Assembly (NCBI GenBank): GCA_965217185.1
Contig: OZ244252.1
Coordinates: forward strand, 3,480,338 to 3,544,337
DNA length: 64,000 nt
Reading direction: 5' to 3'
Source: an uncultured Candidatus Entotheonella sp.
GTDB lineage: Bacteria > Tectomicrobia > Entotheonellia > Entotheonellales > Entotheonellaceae
Position 1 is the stretch's first letter. Each line of letters opens with the position of its first letter. A program made the translations under genes and the position numbers. Below are positions 62,604-64,000 of the stretch, in pieces. The notes below the pieces were generated by a model. The model made no database searches and had not been told where the DNA came from. It was given only the letters and a program-made list of their open reading frames with translations.

Positions 62604-63230
62604 ATGAGACCAAAGCTCACCGCGAGACAGCAGGAAATGCTCGATTACATCGAGCGCGAAACCAGTTCAACCGGTGTTCCCCCCAGCATCCGGCAAATCG
62701 GCGCAGCCTTGGGCATCAGTTCCACCAACGGCGTCCGACTGCATCTGCAAGCACTCCAGAAGAAAGGCTACATCCGTCGTAGCCAACGCACATCCAGAGG
62801 CATCGTCAGCCTCAACCGCCTTTCAAATGCAGTCTCTCCGTCCTGTTCAACAACCGTGGATATCCCCATTTTGGGACGGGTAGCAGCAGGCATGCCCATC
62901 ATGGCCGCGGAAAACCGCGAGGGTTCCCTAACCCTCGATGCAAGCCTGGTCAAGAACCAGGAATCGTTCGCCCTGAGGGTGAACGGCGACAGCATGATCA
63001 ACGCCGGAATTCTCGACGGCGACATTGTGGTGGTGCGTTTACAACAAGGTGCGGACAACGGGGACATTGTGGTTGCGCTCATGGGCGAAGAGGCCACCGT
63101 CAAGCGTTTTTATCGGGAGAAGGACAAAATTCGCCTGCAGCCGGAAAATCCAACCATGGAGCCCATTTACAGTACCGACGTAGACATCTGTGGCAAGGTC
63201 ATTGCCCTCGTACGGCCCCACGTACTCTGA
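62604..63230 (+). CDS. lexA: SOS repressor LexA
   Basis: LTARQQEMLDYI...GVPPSIRQIG (wHTH), a cleavage-site region VAAGMP, and the Ser/Lys dyad contexts GDSMINAGI and ATVKRF. Alternative upstream ATGs at 62577 and 62583. Confidence 0.9.
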   Translation: MRPKLTARQQEMLDYIERETSSTGVPPSIRQIGAALGISSTNGVRLHLQALQKKGYIRRSQRTSRGIVSLNRLSNAVSPSCSTTVDIPILGRVAAGMPIMAAENREGSLTLDASLVKNQESFALRVNGDSMINAGILDGDIVVVRLQQGADNGDIVVALMGEEATVKRFYREKDKIRLQPENPTMEPIYSTDVDICGKVIALVRPHVL

Positions 63231-63245
63231 CGCGAGATGCGGATC

Positions 63246-64000
63246 ATGAGCAAGAAAAAGCGTGCATACAACTGTCAGGCGTGCGGTTGGCAAGCGGCCA
63301 ATTGGCTCGGGCACTGCCCGGATTGCGGTGGTTGGGACACCTTTGTCGAAACGCTGCAAATTTCGACCCCGGCGATGCGCCAGACGCAGCCAGGTACAAC
63401 CCAGTCAGCGCTGCCGCTAACGGAAATCGTTCACGACGACGCGGAGCGTTTGCTGACGGGTATTGGGGAATTCGACCGCGCGCTCGGCGGAGGCATCGTA
63501 CGCGGGTCTCTCGTGCTCATCGGTGGCGACCCGGGCATCGGCAAGTCGACCCTGCTTTTACAAGCTGCCTGCGGCCTGAGCCGAGCTCACAGAGGCAACG
63601 GTCCCGCGGCCCTCTACGTCTCGGGAGAAGAATCGGCCAGCCAACTCCGCATGCACGCCGAGCGTCTCGGCTTGCAGAATCAAAACATCCATATTTTGAC
63701 CGAAACTTCCGTGACGCATATCTGCGCTCAGGCTGAAGCGTTACGACCCGACGTTCTCATCATCGACTCCATCCAGACCGTGTTCACGGAAGATTCGGCC
63801 TCGACGCCAGGCAGCGTCAATCAAGTGCGCGAAAGCACTGCTCGCCTGACGAGCCTTGCCAAAACGCACAACCTGCCAGTTTTGATCATCGGACATGTTA
63901 CCAAAGAGGGCACCATTGCCGGCCCCCGGGTCATGGAGCACATGGTGGATACCGTGCTCTACTTCGAAGGCGAACGGCACCACGTTTATCGCGTGCTGCG
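63246..64000 (+). CDS. radA: DNA repair protein RadA/Sms, N-terminal part (3' end outside the window)
   Basis: Zinc finger YNCQACGWQAANWLGHCPDCGGWDTF, Walker A LIGGDPGIGKSTLL, and the KNRFG-region precursor HVTKEGTIAGPRVMEHMVDTVLYFEGE. Open to the window end. Confidence 0.9.
   Translation, partial: MSKKKRAYNCQACGWQAANWLGHCPDCGGWDTFVETLQISTPAMRQTQPGTTQSALPLTEIVHDDAERLLTGIGEFDRALGGGIVRGSLVLIGGDPGIGKSTLLLQAACGLSRAHRGNGPAALYVSGEESASQLRMHAERLGLQNQNIHILTETSVTHICAQAEALRPDVLIIDSIQTVFTEDSASTPGSVNQVRESTARLTSLAKTHNLPVLIIGHVTKEGTIAGPRVMEHMVDTVLYFEGERHHVYRVL

Overview
High-G+C bacterial chromosomal segment. Gene content suggests a diderm: lspA, lipobox lipoproteins, minCDE, an HlyD-type fusion protein. 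All assignments come from reading the supplied translations and the DNA by eye. No database search was run, so family names are recognitions from motifs.

Layout:
- 1-1.1 kb: 3' end of an RTX calcium-binding repeat gene.
- 1.5-9.1 kb, minus strand: a MoxR / DUF58 / membrane protein / VWA / VWA / TPR (Bat-type) operon, with a higBA cassette wedged into it.
- 9.2-19.2 kb: housekeeping genes (rluD, lspA, trpS, class I fumarase, two lipoproteins) plus a large lipoprotein protease. The protease is a kexin-like S8 enzyme with three Ig-like repeats and a Calx-beta domain, preceded by a separate I9-propeptide-like gene.
- 19.2-24.65 kb: a visibly AT-richer islet. It holds an unknown 318-aa protein, an ORF-less group II intron, an ADP-ribosylglycohydrolase fusion protein and a frameshifted NYN-domain gene.
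- 24.7-32.5 kb: metabolic and cell-envelope genes and a sigma factor.
- 32.5-47.1 kb: a defence/addiction island. It contains a Gp49/RelE-XRE pair, DUF3467 and an intact type III Res. Between res and mod sit an AlbA_2/Schlafen-type gene and hicBA. The type III Mod is split by an IS (6-bp target duplication) and also carries a nested four-helix-bundle gene bracketed by inverted heptamer arrays. After mod come an ABC/AAA_21-like ATPase translationally coupled to a small PD-(D/E)xK-like gene, then a small-ORF/hicB/hicA operon.
- 47.2-58.5 kb: housekeeping genes, including pheST.
- 58.65-64 kb: an AT-rich putative oriC, then dnaA-minCDE-lexA-radA.

Most notable:
1. The ATPase + mini-nuclease pair is the best candidate for an undescribed defence module.
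2. The four-helix-bundle cassette sits inside mod while the host reading frame stays open across it.
3. The group II intron has no ORF.
4. Almost every toxin or effector gene in the window carries a small inactivating lesion, while its partner gene is intact.
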